Shown here one piece after another: positions 26,683-36,267 of a stretch of 64,000 nucleotides of DNA. The stretch comes from Alphaproteobacteria bacterium. Its GTDB lineage: Bacteria; Pseudomonadota; Alphaproteobacteria; CALKHQ01. Under the pieces are notes generated by a model. The model saw nothing but the letters and a program-made list of their open reading frames with translations. It did no database searches and was not told where the DNA came from. Every line of letters starts with the position of its first letter. Positions within the stretch are counted from its first letter, which is position 1. The position numbers were made by a program, and so were the translations under genes. The stretch spans positions 7,211 to 71,210 of the forward strand of contig JBHJOG010000207.1 in NCBI GenBank assembly GCA_050329975.1, read 5' to 3'.

Positions 26683-29454
26683 CTATTCGACCGCCGCGAC
26701 CTGGTCGACCGCACGCAGCTTCGCCGCGCAGAACTTGAACTCGGGGATCTTGCCGAATGGGTCGAGTTGCGGGTTGGTCAGGATGTTGGCCGCTGCTTCG
26801 TTGTAGCAGAACGGGATGAACAGCACGCCGCGCGGCACGTCGCGGTCGCTGCGTGCCTTCAGCGAGATCGCCCCGCGCCGGGTCGCGACCTCGACCATTT
26901 CGCCCGCGCGCAGCCCCAGTTCGGCAAGCTGGCCTGGGTGGATATGGACCATCGCTTCGGGCTCGATCGCGTCGAGCACGTCGGAGCGGCGGGTCATCGC
27001 ACCGGTGTGCCAGTGCTCGAGCACCCGCCCGGTGGTCAGGATCATCGGATAGGCGTCGTCCGGGACCTCATCGGGCGGGGTCACGTCGGCCGGCACGAAC
27101 TTGCCGCGCCCGCTCGCCGTCGGGAAGCCACCGCCGAAGATGACCTCATGCCCGGGCTCGTCCTCCGAGTCCACCGGATAGACCACCGAGCCCTCGCGGT
27201 CGACCCGGTCCCAACTCATGCCCTTGATCGACGGCATCACCCGGTGCATCTCGGCGAACACGTCGCGCGGGTGGGCATAGCGCCAGTCGAGCCCCATCCG
27301 CAGCGCAATGTCCTGGATCAGCTGCCAGTCCTGCCGCGCGTTCCCCGGCAGCGGCAGCGCGGTGCGGCCCATCTGCACCTGGCGATTGGTGTTGGTGAAG
27401 GTGCCGTCCTTCTCGGGGAAGGCGCTCGCCGGCAGCACCACGTCGGCATGGAAGGCGGTCTCGGTCAGAAAGATGTCCTGCACCACCAGATGCTCCAGCT
27501 TCGCCAGCGCCTGGCGCGCATGGTGCTGGTCGGGATCCGACATCGCAGGGTTCTCGCCCATGATGTACATGCCGCGGATCCGGTCGGCGAGAATGGCGTC
27601 GATGATCTCGACGACGGTGAGCCCGCGCTTCGGATCGAGCGGGGTGTCCCAGGCCTGCTCGAACAGGCCCCGTACCTTTTCGTTCTCCACCGACTGGTAG
27701 TCCGGGAAGAACATCGGGATCAAGCCGACGTCCGACGCGCCCTGCACGTTGTTCTGGCCGCGCAGCGGGTGCAGCCCCGAGCCCGGCCGGCCGACATGGC
27801 CGGTCATCAGCGCCAGGCTGATCAGGCATCGGGCGTTGTCGGTGCCATGCACGTGCTGGCTGATTCCCATGCCCCAGAAGATGATCGCCGCCTTTGCGCG
27901 CGCGATCTTGCGTGCGACCGTACGGATCTCTGCGGCATCGATTCCGCAAATCGGCGCCATGTCCTCGGGCGCGAACTGCAGCACATGCGCCTTCAGCCGC
28001 GCGAAGTCCTGCGTGTAGCCGTCGACATATTGCTGGTCGACCAGCCCTTCGCTGACGATGACGTGCATCATCGCGTTGAGCAGCGCGACGTCGGTGCCGC
28101 CGCGGAACTGCAGCATGTGCGTCGCGTGGCGGGAGAGGCCCTGGCCGCGCGGGTCAGCGACGATGAGCTCCGCGCCCTGCTTGGCCGCCTGCTTGATGTA
28201 GGTCGCCGCGACCGGATGGTTGACGGTCGGGTTGGCGCCGATGACGAAGATCACGTCCGAGTTCATGCACTCCCAGAACGGCGCGGTCACCGCCCCCGAG
28301 CCAATGGTCTCCATCAGCGCCGCCACCGACGAGGCGTGGCAGAGACGGGTGCAGTGGTCGACGTTGTTGGTGCCGAAGCCGGTGCGGACCAGCTTCTGGA
28401 ACAGATAGGCCTCCTCGTTCGACCCCTTGGCCGAGCCGAAGCCGGCCAGTGCGCCGCCGCCGTGCTGATCCCTGATCCGAACGAGCCCGGCAGCCGCCCG
28501 GTCCAGCGCCTCTTCCCAGCTCGCCTCGCGGAAATGGGTCCAGGGATCGCCCGGGTCGACCTGGTCCTCGGCGGATTTGGGCACGCCGTCCTTGCGGACC
28601 ATCGGCACGGTCAGGCGTTGCGGGTGGTGGACGTAATCGAAGCCGAACCGGCCCTTCACGCAAAGCCGTCGCTCGTTGGCCGGGCCGTCGCGGCCGGTGA
28701 CGTAAAGCAGCCGGTCGTCCTTGATGTGGTAGGTGAGCTGGCAGCCGACGCCGCAATAGGGACAGAGTGAGTCCACCTTGCGATCCGGTTCGCGGGCATG
28801 CACGCCCTGCGCGTCCACCACCGTCTTCGGCAAGAGCGCGCCGGTCGGGCATGCCTGCACGCATTCGCCGCAGGCGACGCAGGTGCTGTCGCCCATCGGG
28901 TCGTCGAAGTCGAACACGATCTTGGCCCCCGGCCCGCGATAGGCCATGCCGATCACGTCGTTGACCTGGACCTCGCGGCAGGCGCGCACGCACAGGTTGC
29001 ACTGGATGCAGGCGTCGAGTTGGACAGCCATCGCGCTGTGGCTCATGTCCGCCGAACCTTGCTCGGCGGCAGGGAAGCGGCTGTCGGCGATACCGATCCG
29101 GTCCGCCCAGCGCCAGAGCTTGGAGTCCGGGTCGGGCGCCACGGCGCGCGCCGGCTGGTCGGCGAGCAGCAGTTCCATCACCATCCGGCGCGCGGTCCGC
29201 GCCCGCTCGGTCGCCGTCTTCACCGCCATGCCGGCAGCCGGCTTGCGAATGCAGGAGGCGGCGAGCACGCGCTCGCCCTCGATCTCGACCATGCAGGCGC
29301 GGCAGTTGCCGTCGGGCCGGTAGCCGGGCGCGTCGGCATGGCACAGATGCGGGATGGCGACGTCCTCGCGCTTCGCCACATCCCAGATCGTCTCGCCCGC
29401 GGCCGCGGCGACCTCGCGGCCGTCAAGGGTGAAGGTGACGGGCTCGTCACTCAT
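26683..29454 (-). CDS. fdsA: NAD-dependent formate dehydrogenase alpha subunit (molybdopterin, Fe-S)
   Basis: The N-terminal 2Fe-2S and 4Fe-4S Cys clusters are CHADAPGYRPDGNCRACMVEIEGERVLAASC and CIQCNLCVRAC. These are followed by a molybdopterin oxidoreductase body of ~920 aa. Confidence 0.9.
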   Translation of the reverse strand: MSDEPVTFTLDGREVAAAAGETIWDVAKREDVAIPHLCHADAPGYRPDGNCRACMVEIEGERVLAASCIRKPAAGMAVKTATERARTARRMVMELLLADQPARAVAPDPDSKLWRWADRIGIADSRFPAAEQGSADMSHSAMAVQLDACIQCNLCVRACREVQVNDVIGMAYRGPGAKIVFDFDDPMGDSTCVACGECVQACPTGALLPKTVVDAQGVHAREPDRKVDSLCPYCGVGCQLTYHIKDDRLLYVTGRDGPANERRLCVKGRFGFDYVHHPQRLTVPMVRKDGVPKSAEDQVDPGDPWTHFREASWEEALDRAAAGLVRIRDQHGGGALAGFGSAKGSNEEAYLFQKLVRTGFGTNNVDHCTRLCHASSVAALMETIGSGAVTAPFWECMNSDVIFVIGANPTVNHPVAATYIKQAAKQGAELIVADPRGQGLSRHATHMLQFRGGTDVALLNAMMHVIVSEGLVDQQYVDGYTQDFARLKAHVLQFAPEDMAPICGIDAAEIRTVARKIARAKAAIIFWGMGISQHVHGTDNARCLISLALMTGHVGRPGSGLHPLRGQNNVQGASDVGLIPMFFPDYQSVENEKVRGLFEQAWDTPLDPKRGLTVVEIIDAILADRIRGMYIMGENPAMSDPDQHHARQALAKLEHLVVQDIFLTETAFHADVVLPASAFPEKDGTFTNTNRQVQMGRTALPLPGNARQDWQLIQDIALRMGLDWRYAHPRDVFAEMHRVMPSIKGMSWDRVDREGSVVYPVDSEDEPGHEVIFGGGFPTASGRGKFVPADVTPPDEVPDDAYPMILTTGRVLEHWHTGAMTRRSDVLDAIEPEAMVHIHPGQLAELGLRAGEMVEVATRRGAISLKARSDRDVPRGVLFIPFCYNEAAANILTNPQLDPFGKIPEFKFCAAKLRAVDQVAAVE

Positions 29455-31166
29455 CGCAGGTCCTCCGGAAAATGCCGGATCACCGACAGCAGCGGGTTCG
29501 GCGCGGCCTGGCCGAGTCCGCAGATCGAGGCATCAATCATCGCGCGCGACAATTCCTCCAGCAGGGGTACGTCCCAGTGCGGCTGACCCATCAGCCGCAC
29601 TGCCTTCTCGGTGCCGACCCGGCAGGGCGTGCACTGGCCGCAGCTTTCGTCCTCGAAGAACTTCATCAGGTTCAGGGTCACAGCCTTCATGTCGTCCTGG
29701 TCGGACAGCACGACAATGGCCGCCGAGCCGATGAAGCAGTCATGGGCCTGCAGGGTGTCGAAATCGAGCGGGATGTCATCCATGGCCGCGGGCAGGATGC
29801 CGCCCGAGGCGCCGCCGGGCAGATAGCCCTTGAAGCGGTGGCCGTCGGCCATCCCGCCGCAATGCTCCTCGATCAGCTCCCGGATGGTGATCCCGGCGGG
29901 CGCCAGCTTGACCCCGGGCTCGCGCACCCGGCCTGAGACCGAGAACGAGCGCAGGCCCTTGCGGCCGCTGCGGCCGTGGCTCGCGAACCAGGATGGCCCC
30001 CGCTCCAGGATGTCCCGGACCCAATAGACGCTTTCGACGTTGTTGATCAGGGTGGGTCGGCCGAACAGTCCGACCTGGCTTGGGAAGGGCGGCTTGTGCC
30101 GCGGATAGCCGCGCTTGCCCTCGATGCTCTCCAGCATCGCCGATTCTTCCCCGCAGATATAGGCGCCGGCGCCCCGGCGCAGGTGCAGGGTGACGCCGTC
30201 GGCGAGCCCTGCCGCCTCGAGCGCGGCGACCTCCGTCTTCAGGACCTGAAGCAGCCCGGGATACTCGTCGCGCAGATAGATATAGACGTCGGCCGCCTCG
30301 ACTACCCAGGCGCCGATCAGGGTCCCTTCCAGGAAGCGGTGCGGATCGATCTCCAGATAGTGGCGGTCCTTGAAGGTCCCGGGTTCGCCCTCGTCTGCGT
30401 TGATCGCCATCAGCCGCGGAGCCGGCTCCTGGCGGACGAACCGCCACTTGCGGCCGGTCGGGAAGCCGGCGCCGCCGAGCCCGCGCAGGCCCGATTGCTC
30501 AAGCGCTTCGATCACCGCGTCGCGGGTCAGCTCGCCGGCTTGGCACCGCTGCAGCAGCGCGTAGCCGCCTGAGTCGCGATACGCCGCCAGGCCGGGATAG
30601 GGTGGAATCACCGGCTGGACGGCGCCCGCCGTGGCCACGCCGGCCACCGCCGCGACCGTGGCGTCGGTGACGTGGTTGTGGCCGACCTCTGCGACAGGCG
30701 CCCGGTCGCAGCGCCCCATGCAGGGCGCGCGCACGACGCGGATGCCGGGACCGGCGACCTCCGGCAGTTCGGCCAGCAGCCGCTCCGCGCCGGCGAGCGC
30801 GCAGCTCAGGCTGTCGCAGACCCGGATCGTCAGCGGCGGCGGCGGTGTCTCGTCCTCCATGACCAGGTCGAAATGGGCGTAGAACGAGGCGACCTCGTAG
30901 ACTTCGGTCAGCGCGAGCCGCATCAGCTGGGCCAGTGCCGCCAGATGCCGAGCCGACAAGTGATGGTGGCGGTCCTGCAGCAGGTGCAGATACTCGATCA
31001 GCAGGTCGCGGCGCCAGGGACCGGCCCCGATCAGGCCGCTCACCTCGGCCAGCGCCTCGGGGTCGACCTGGCGGCCCTTGACCTGGACCTTGCCGCGGCG
31101 GCCGGAGCCCGGGCGGACCCTGCGCTGCACCTCGCTCGCAGACGGGCGGTCATGTTCGCTCGCCAT
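29451..31166 (-). CDS. fdsB: Formate dehydrogenase beta subunit, NuoF-like, with fused N-terminal NuoE-like (FdsG-type) 2Fe-2S domain
   Basis: The N-terminal region has Cys motifs RVCDSLSCALAG...APCMGRCDRAP. The NuoF-like body has FMN/NAD motifs (GLRGLGGAGFPTGRKW) and a 4Fe-4S CGQCTPC. It overlaps the fdsA start by 4 nt. Confidence 0.85.
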   Translation of the reverse strand: MASEHDRPSASEVQRRVRPGSGRRGKVQVKGRQVDPEALAEVSGLIGAGPWRRDLLIEYLHLLQDRHHHLSARHLAALAQLMRLALTEVYEVASFYAHFDLVMEDETPPPPLTIRVCDSLSCALAGAERLLAELPEVAGPGIRVVRAPCMGRCDRAPVAEVGHNHVTDATVAAVAGVATAGAVQPVIPPYPGLAAYRDSGGYALLQRCQAGELTRDAVIEALEQSGLRGLGGAGFPTGRKWRFVRQEPAPRLMAINADEGEPGTFKDRHYLEIDPHRFLEGTLIGAWVVEAADVYIYLRDEYPGLLQVLKTEVAALEAAGLADGVTLHLRRGAGAYICGEESAMLESIEGKRGYPRHKPPFPSQVGLFGRPTLINNVESVYWVRDILERGPSWFASHGRSGRKGLRSFSVSGRVREPGVKLAPAGITIRELIEEHCGGMADGHRFKGYLPGGASGGILPAAMDDIPLDFDTLQAHDCFIGSAAIVVLSDQDDMKAVTLNLMKFFEDESCGQCTPCRVGTEKAVRLMGQPHWDVPLLEELSRAMIDASICGLGQAAPNPLLSVIRHFPEDLR

Positions 31167-31237
31167 ACTCTCTCCCTGGGCTGCGCGTGGTTGCGACCCG
31201 GTCGGTCATCTCGCCACCGGGCATCGCAACCGGCGCA

Positions 31238-31420
31238 TCAGCGCGCGTCCCCGGCCTTGACCAGCCTGAGCGCGATGACGGCGCCGTTGATCGTCTGCTT
31301 GCCGGCGTTCTCGAAGTTCACGGTGATCGTCCCGTTGATCGCAGACTGGACCTGTCCCATGCCCCATTCCGGCCGGTCGGGGTGTTTGACGAAGGCGCCG
31401 GGCACCAGTGCGGTCTCCAT
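31238..31420 (-). CDS. Small conserved protein, DUF3553-like (tentative)
   Basis: The 60-aa sequence GAFVKHPDRPEWGMGQVQSAINGTITVNFENAGKQTINGAVIALRLV has a GGGAG Shine-Dalgarno upstream. It lies immediately upstream of fdsB. Confidence 0.4.
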   Translation of the reverse strand: METALVPGAFVKHPDRPEWGMGQVQSAINGTITVNFENAGKQTINGAVIALRLVKAGDAR

Positions 31421-31698
31421 GTTCGCTCCCTGGCGCCGTGCCTAGCCGGGACCTGCCCGGGCGACGGCCGCGCCATATCACGCAAATCTAGACCGCCGTC
31501 CGCCTCGCTGAAAGGGTCGCCCGCCGCCCGGTCGCGGCGGGAGCGGCGCGGCAGTGTGCTGACGGTTAGCAAAGCGTTCAGGGTTAGGCAACCAAGCTGG
31601 GGCTCGGCGAACGCGCTGCGCTGGAATCGATGGACCACTGCTGGACCGCTCGCTACGGTGCGCGCGCGAAACTGCAGGATACCGAAAGGAATCGGCGA

Positions 31699-32349
31699 AT
31701 GCCCGAGATCGATGACATCATGATTTTGCGCTTGGCCTGCTCCAAGCTCTGTCACGATCTCATCAGCCCGGTCAGTGCCGTGAACAACGGTCTCGAGCTG
31801 GTCGGCGATTCGATGGCCGGCGACGTCGAGGCGATGGACCTGATCACATCGAGCGCGCGCGCCGCCGCCGACCGGCTGCAGTACTACCGGGTCGCCTTCG
31901 GCTTCTCCGGCGGATCGGGCCAGTCTCTCAATGCGCTGCAGGCTCTGCTCAAGCCGTTCGTCGCCGACGCGAAATGCCAGTCGTCGTGGACCGTTGATCC
32001 CTCGGTGGCCCAGTCGGTGCTGTCGATCGATGCTGCACAGATCGTGCTGAATGCGATCGCGGCCACGCTGGATTGCCTGCCGCGCAGCGGTGATGTGCGG
32101 GTGGCGCTGACCTCGGCGGGAGACCAACTCCTGACCCTGGTGATCGACGTCGAGGGGCCCTCGGTGCGGATTCGAGACGAGCTGCGCGATGCCCTGACCA
32201 GCCCGATGGGTGAGATCGAGCTTACGGTCCGCGGCGTGCACGGAATCCTGTTGCGCCAGGTGGCGGCCCGCGTCGGCAGCAAGGTTGTCCTGTCGGCCGG
32301 GGACGGTCAAGTCGCCCTGACCGTGGGCCCCATCCCGGTCGACCGCTAA
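31699..32349 (+). CDS. chpT: ChpT-like histidine phosphotransferase (CckA-ChpT-CtrA relay family)
   Basis: LACSKLCHDLISPVSAVNNGLELVGD matches the ChpT phospho-His motif region (CHDFISPxxAI..GL.LL). The rest is a degenerate HATPase-like C-terminal half. An AAGGA Shine-Dalgarno precedes the start; the track start at 31630 was rejected. Confidence 0.65.
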   Translation: MPEIDDIMILRLACSKLCHDLISPVSAVNNGLELVGDSMAGDVEAMDLITSSARAAADRLQYYRVAFGFSGGSGQSLNALQALLKPFVADAKCQSSWTVDPSVAQSVLSIDAAQIVLNAIAATLDCLPRSGDVRVALTSAGDQLLTLVIDVEGPSVRIRDELRDALTSPMGEIELTVRGVHGILLRQVAARVGSKVVLSAGDGQVALTVGPIPVDR

Positions 32350-32387
32350 ACACCTCGGCGAGTCGCCAATGGGATTACTGGTGCCGG

Positions 32388-32407
32388 CCACTGATTATTA
32401 TCAGTGG
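32388..32407. promoter_or_regulatory. Perfect palindrome CCACTGAT-TATT-ATCAGTGG in AT-rich region ~200 bp upstream of cheA; candidate operator
   Basis: Read directly from the sequence. A further CAGTGG copy sits at 32421-32426. Confidence 0.4.
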
Positions 32408-32602
32408 ACTGGCTGTTTCTCAGTGGAATTTTCTCCTATTGTCGCGGATTCTTCCTAAATGTTTCGCTGAGCGCCGCCCAGCGGCCTTTACAGCTTTTTT
32501 ATCATTTTCCCAGAGGATCGCAGCCTGACAACCGGCGATCTCCGGTGGTGCCGTTCCAAAGGCACTCGGTCCGCAACGCGCTGAATCAATGGGTGCTGCA
32601 CG

Positions 32603-35338
32603 ATGGACGACCTTCTGAGCGAATTCTTGACCGAGACCACGGAAAGCCTCGCGCTGCTGGACGTGGAGCTGATCAAGCTCGAACAGACCCCCGACGACCC
32701 GGAATTGCTCGGCAGCATCTTCCGGCTGGTCCATACCATCAAGGGCACCTGCGGCTTCCTCGGGCTTCCGCGGCTCGAGGCGGTGGCGCACGCGTCCGAG
32801 AACGTGCTCGGCAAGGTCCGTGACGGCGCGCTGGACATAACGCCGGTCGCGATCTCGACCATCCTGGAGTCCCTGGACCAGATCAAGTGGATCCTGGCCG
32901 AACTGGAGGCGAAGGAGGCGGAGCCGGAAGGCGAGGACGCCGAGCTGATCTCCCGGCTCAACGCCATCGCGGACGGGGATGCCCCGCCTTCGGGGCCGGC
33001 GGTGACCTGGGAATCCCTCGAGGCCGCATCCGAGGATGCCGAGGAGGCCGTCGATACCGATGACGCGGTCGTGGCTGCCGAGCCGATTGTCGCCGCCGCG
33101 CCGGAGCCCGTCGTGGCCGCAGACGCCGACGACGACTCCGATGCCGACCTCCCGGCGCATCCGGTCGTGGCCAAGCCGGCTGCGGCGCTGGTCAAGGCAG
33201 AGCCGCACGGCGACGTCAAGGAATCAGCCGTCGCCAACCAGACCATCCGGGTCAGCGTCGATCTGCTGGAGAACCTGATGACGCTGGTGAGCGAGCTGGT
33301 GCTCACCCGCAACCAGCTGCTGCAGATGATCCGCAACCAGACCGACAGCGAATTCAACGTGCCCCTGCAGCGGCTGAGCCACGTCACCTCCGAGCTGCAG
33401 GAGAACGTGATGAAGACCCGGATGCAGCCGATCGGCAATGCATGGGCCAAGCTGCCCCGCATCGTCCGCGACCTTTCGGTGGAGCTTGGCAAGAAGATCG
33501 AGCTGGAGATGATCGGCGCTGACACCGAGCTCGATCGGCAGGTTCTGGAGCTGATCAAGGATCCGCTGACCCATATGGTCCGCAACTCCGCCGATCACGG
33601 CCTGGAGACGCCCGATGTGCGGTCCGCGGCCGGCAAGCGCGAGACCGGCACCATCGTGCTGCGCGCCTACCACGAGGGTGGCCACATCATCATCCAGATC
33701 TCCGACGACGGTAAGGGCCTCGACCTCGACCGGATCAAGCAGAAGCTGGTCGGGCAGGGGCTCGCCTCCGAGGCCGAGCTGGATGCGATGACCGACCAGC
33801 AGATCCAGCAGTTCATCTTCAAGGCCGGCTTCTCGACCGCCCAGACCGTGACCAGCGTTTCGGGCCGGGGCGTCGGCATGGATGTCGTCCGCACCAACAT
33901 CGAGAAGATCGGCGGGACCATCGAGCTGGCGTCGGTCGCCGGCAAGGGCAGCCGCTTCACCATCAAGATCCCGCTGACGCTGGCCATCGTCTCGGCGCTG
34001 ATCGTCGAGTGCGGCGGCGAGAAGTTCGCCATGCCGCAGCTGAGCGTGGTCGAGTTGGTGCGCGTCTCCGCCAAGTCGGAGCACCGGATCGAAACCATCA
34101 ACAGCGCGCCGGTGCTGCGTCTTCGCGACCGCATTCTGCCGCTGATCTCGCTGCGCGACCTGCTGCGGCTGAAGACGGCCAATGACGACGAGCCCCAGGG
34201 CGCCACGAAGCGCGAGGCCGTGGCGCCGACGAACGGGACCGCGCTGCTGCACGGCTCGAGCGAGCACTTCATCGTCGTCACCAAGGTCGGGACTTACGAC
34301 TTCGGCATCGTCGTCGACCGCGTGTTCGACACCGAGGAAATCGTGGTCAAGCCGGTGGCGCCGATCCTGCGCAACATCTCCATGTTTTCCGGCAACACCA
34401 TTCTCGGCGACGGCAGCGTGATCATGATCCTCGATCCGAACGGGATCGCAGGTGCGACAAGCGAGGTGGCGCCGGAGGCCGCGGAGGGCAGCAGCAAGGT
34501 GCGCGAGCATGGCAGCGACGAGACCGTGACCATGCTGGTGTTCAAGGCCGGCGACGAGACGCCGAAAGCGGTGCCGCTGGCCCTGATAGCCCGCCTCGAG
34601 GAGATCGCCGCCGACAAGATCGAATGGTCGAGCGGCCGGCCGATGGTCCAGTACCGCGGCAAGCTGATGCCGATCGTGACCATCGCCGACGACTACCAGA
34701 TCAAGACCCAGGGCATGCAGGCAGTGCTGGTGTTCTCCGACGAGGACCATGCGATGGGCCTGGCGGTCGACGTCATCGTCGACATTGTCGAGGATCGCAT
34801 GACCGTCGAACTCTCGGCCGACCGGCCGGGCTATGTCGGCAGCGCGATCATCAGCGGCAAGGCGACTGACGTGATCGACGCCGGCTACTTCCTCGGCAAG
34901 GCGTTCGAGGACTGGTTCGGCACCGGCGCGCACCGCGGCGACGATGGCCGGGCGAGCGGCCGGCATCTGCTGCTGGTCGACGACAGCCCGTTCTTCCGCA
35001 ACATGCTGACCCCGCTGCTCTCGGCTGCCGGCTATGTGGTCACCTCGGTGGAGAGCGCCAAGGATGCGCTCGACCTCTGCGACCAGGGCCGGATGTTCGA
35101 TGTCATTGTCAGCGACATCGAGATGCCGGGCATGAGCGGGCTGGAGTTCGCCGAAGTGGTTCGTGACTCGGCGCAGTGGCGGCAGACTCCGATCGTCGCC
35201 CTGTCGTCGCACACCAACCAGCGCGACATCGATCGCGCCAAGACGGTCGGCTTCAACGACTACGTGGCCAAGACGGACCGCGAGGGTCTGCTGCAGACGC
35301 TGTCGGAGACCGTCGTCGCGCTGCGGGGCGCGGCGTGA
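32603..35338 (+). CDS. cheA: Chemotaxis histidine kinase CheA with C-terminal receiver domain (CheA-REC hybrid)
   Basis: HPt is HTIKGTCGFLGL. There are HATPase motifs, a CheW-like domain, and a C-terminal REC (LLLVDDSPFFRNM...DVIVSDIEMPGMSGLEF...KTD). Confidence 0.9.
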   Translation: MDDLLSEFLTETTESLALLDVELIKLEQTPDDPELLGSIFRLVHTIKGTCGFLGLPRLEAVAHASENVLGKVRDGALDITPVAISTILESLDQIKWILAELEAKEAEPEGEDAELISRLNAIADGDAPPSGPAVTWESLEAASEDAEEAVDTDDAVVAAEPIVAAAPEPVVAADADDDSDADLPAHPVVAKPAAALVKAEPHGDVKESAVANQTIRVSVDLLENLMTLVSELVLTRNQLLQMIRNQTDSEFNVPLQRLSHVTSELQENVMKTRMQPIGNAWAKLPRIVRDLSVELGKKIELEMIGADTELDRQVLELIKDPLTHMVRNSADHGLETPDVRSAAGKRETGTIVLRAYHEGGHIIIQISDDGKGLDLDRIKQKLVGQGLASEAELDAMTDQQIQQFIFKAGFSTAQTVTSVSGRGVGMDVVRTNIEKIGGTIELASVAGKGSRFTIKIPLTLAIVSALIVECGGEKFAMPQLSVVELVRVSAKSEHRIETINSAPVLRLRDRILPLISLRDLLRLKTANDDEPQGATKREAVAPTNGTALLHGSSEHFIVVTKVGTYDFGIVVDRVFDTEEIVVKPVAPILRNISMFSGNTILGDGSVIMILDPNGIAGATSEVAPEAAEGSSKVREHGSDETVTMLVFKAGDETPKAVPLALIARLEEIAADKIEWSSGRPMVQYRGKLMPIVTIADDYQIKTQGMQAVLVFSDEDHAMGLAVDVIVDIVEDRMTVELSADRPGYVGSAIISGKATDVIDAGYFLGKAFEDWFGTGAHRGDDGRASGRHLLLVDDSPFFRNMLTPLLSAAGYVVTSVESAKDALDLCDQGRMFDVIVSDIEMPGMSGLEFAEVVRDSAQWRQTPIVALSSHTNQRDIDRAKTVGFNDYVAKTDREGLLQTLSETVVALRGAA

Positions 35339-35373
35339 ACAGGGCCCGCGACCGGGAACAGGTGAAAGAGATC

Positions 35374-35829
35374 ATGAGCGACGCGATGAGCCAGAATTCC
35401 GATTTCGTGACCGTGACGGTGGCCAAGCAGCTGTTCGGCATCCCGGTGCTGAAGGTCCAGGACATCCTGGGTCCGCAGCGGATCACCCGCATCCCGCTGG
35501 CTCCGCCTGAGGTTGCGGGCGCGCTCAACCTCCGCGGTCGCATCGTCACTGCGATCGACGTCCGCAGCCGGCTGCGCCTGCCGCCGCGAGCGGCCGGCGA
35601 CGAGGGCATGGCGGTGGTGGTCGAGCACGACCAGGAGCTTTACAGCCTGCTGATCGACTCGGTCGGCGACGTGCTCAGCCTCTCGGAGAGCAAGTTCGAG
35701 CGCAATCCGACCACGATGGATGCCCTCTGGCGAGAGGTGTCGGTCGGGATCTACCGGCTGAAGGACGAATTGATGATGGTTCTCGATGTCGACCGGCTGT
35801 TGGCGATCGAGAAAGCTATCGCGGCCTGA
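35374..35829 (+). CDS. cheW: Chemotaxis coupling protein CheW
   Basis: A 151-aa CheW-like domain (FVTVTVAKQLFGIPVLKVQDIL...). The track start at 35176 overlaps cheA and was rejected in favour of the ATG at 35374. Confidence 0.85.
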   Translation: MSDAMSQNSDFVTVTVAKQLFGIPVLKVQDILGPQRITRIPLAPPEVAGALNLRGRIVTAIDVRSRLRLPPRAAGDEGMAVVVEHDQELYSLLIDSVGDVLSLSESKFERNPTTMDALWREVSVGIYRLKDELMMVLDVDRLLAIEKAIAA

Positions 35830-35904
35830 CCGCCGCGACTTGTTTCAATGGCGGCGCCCGGCTTCGTTCGGGCCCGCGCCGAGCGCCACGGAGCCAGTGA
35901 GCCA

Positions 35905-36267
35905 ATGCGGTGTCTTATCGTCGACGATTCCAAGGTGATCCGGGCGGTCACGCGCAAGATCATGGAGGAGCTGTCCTTCGAAACAGTCGAGGCCGCGGAC
36001 GGCGCGGAGGCGATCGACCGCTGCAAGGAACAGATGCCTGACGCGATTTTGCTCGACTGGAACATGCCCCGCGTCGACGGACTCGAGTTCCTCGGCATGC
36101 TGCGCCAGATGGACGGCGGCCAGACACCGATCGTCGTGTTCTGCACCTCCGAGAACGCGATCGACAAGATCGACTCCGCACTCAAATCGGGTGCGAACGA
36201 GTACATCATGAAGCCGTTCGACAGCGAGATCATCCAGTCAAAGCTGCAGCAAGTCGGGTTGATCTGA
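35905..36267 (+). CDS. cheY: Chemotaxis response regulator CheY
   Basis: A 120-aa single REC domain (MRCLIVDDSKVIR...AILLDWNMPRVDGLEFL...MKPF). Confidence 0.85.
   Translation: MRCLIVDDSKVIRAVTRKIMEELSFETVEAADGAEAIDRCKEQMPDAILLDWNMPRVDGLEFLGMLRQMDGGQTPIVVFCTSENAIDKIDSALKSGANEYIMKPFDSEIIQSKLQQVGLI

Noticed and set aside
31206-31481. 91-aa Arg-rich ORF overlapping the DUF3553-like gene
   Set aside because: Wrong frame (Arg-rich, no Shine-Dalgarno). The 60-aa ORF in the other frame has a GGGAG Shine-Dalgarno and a coherent beta-strand pattern.
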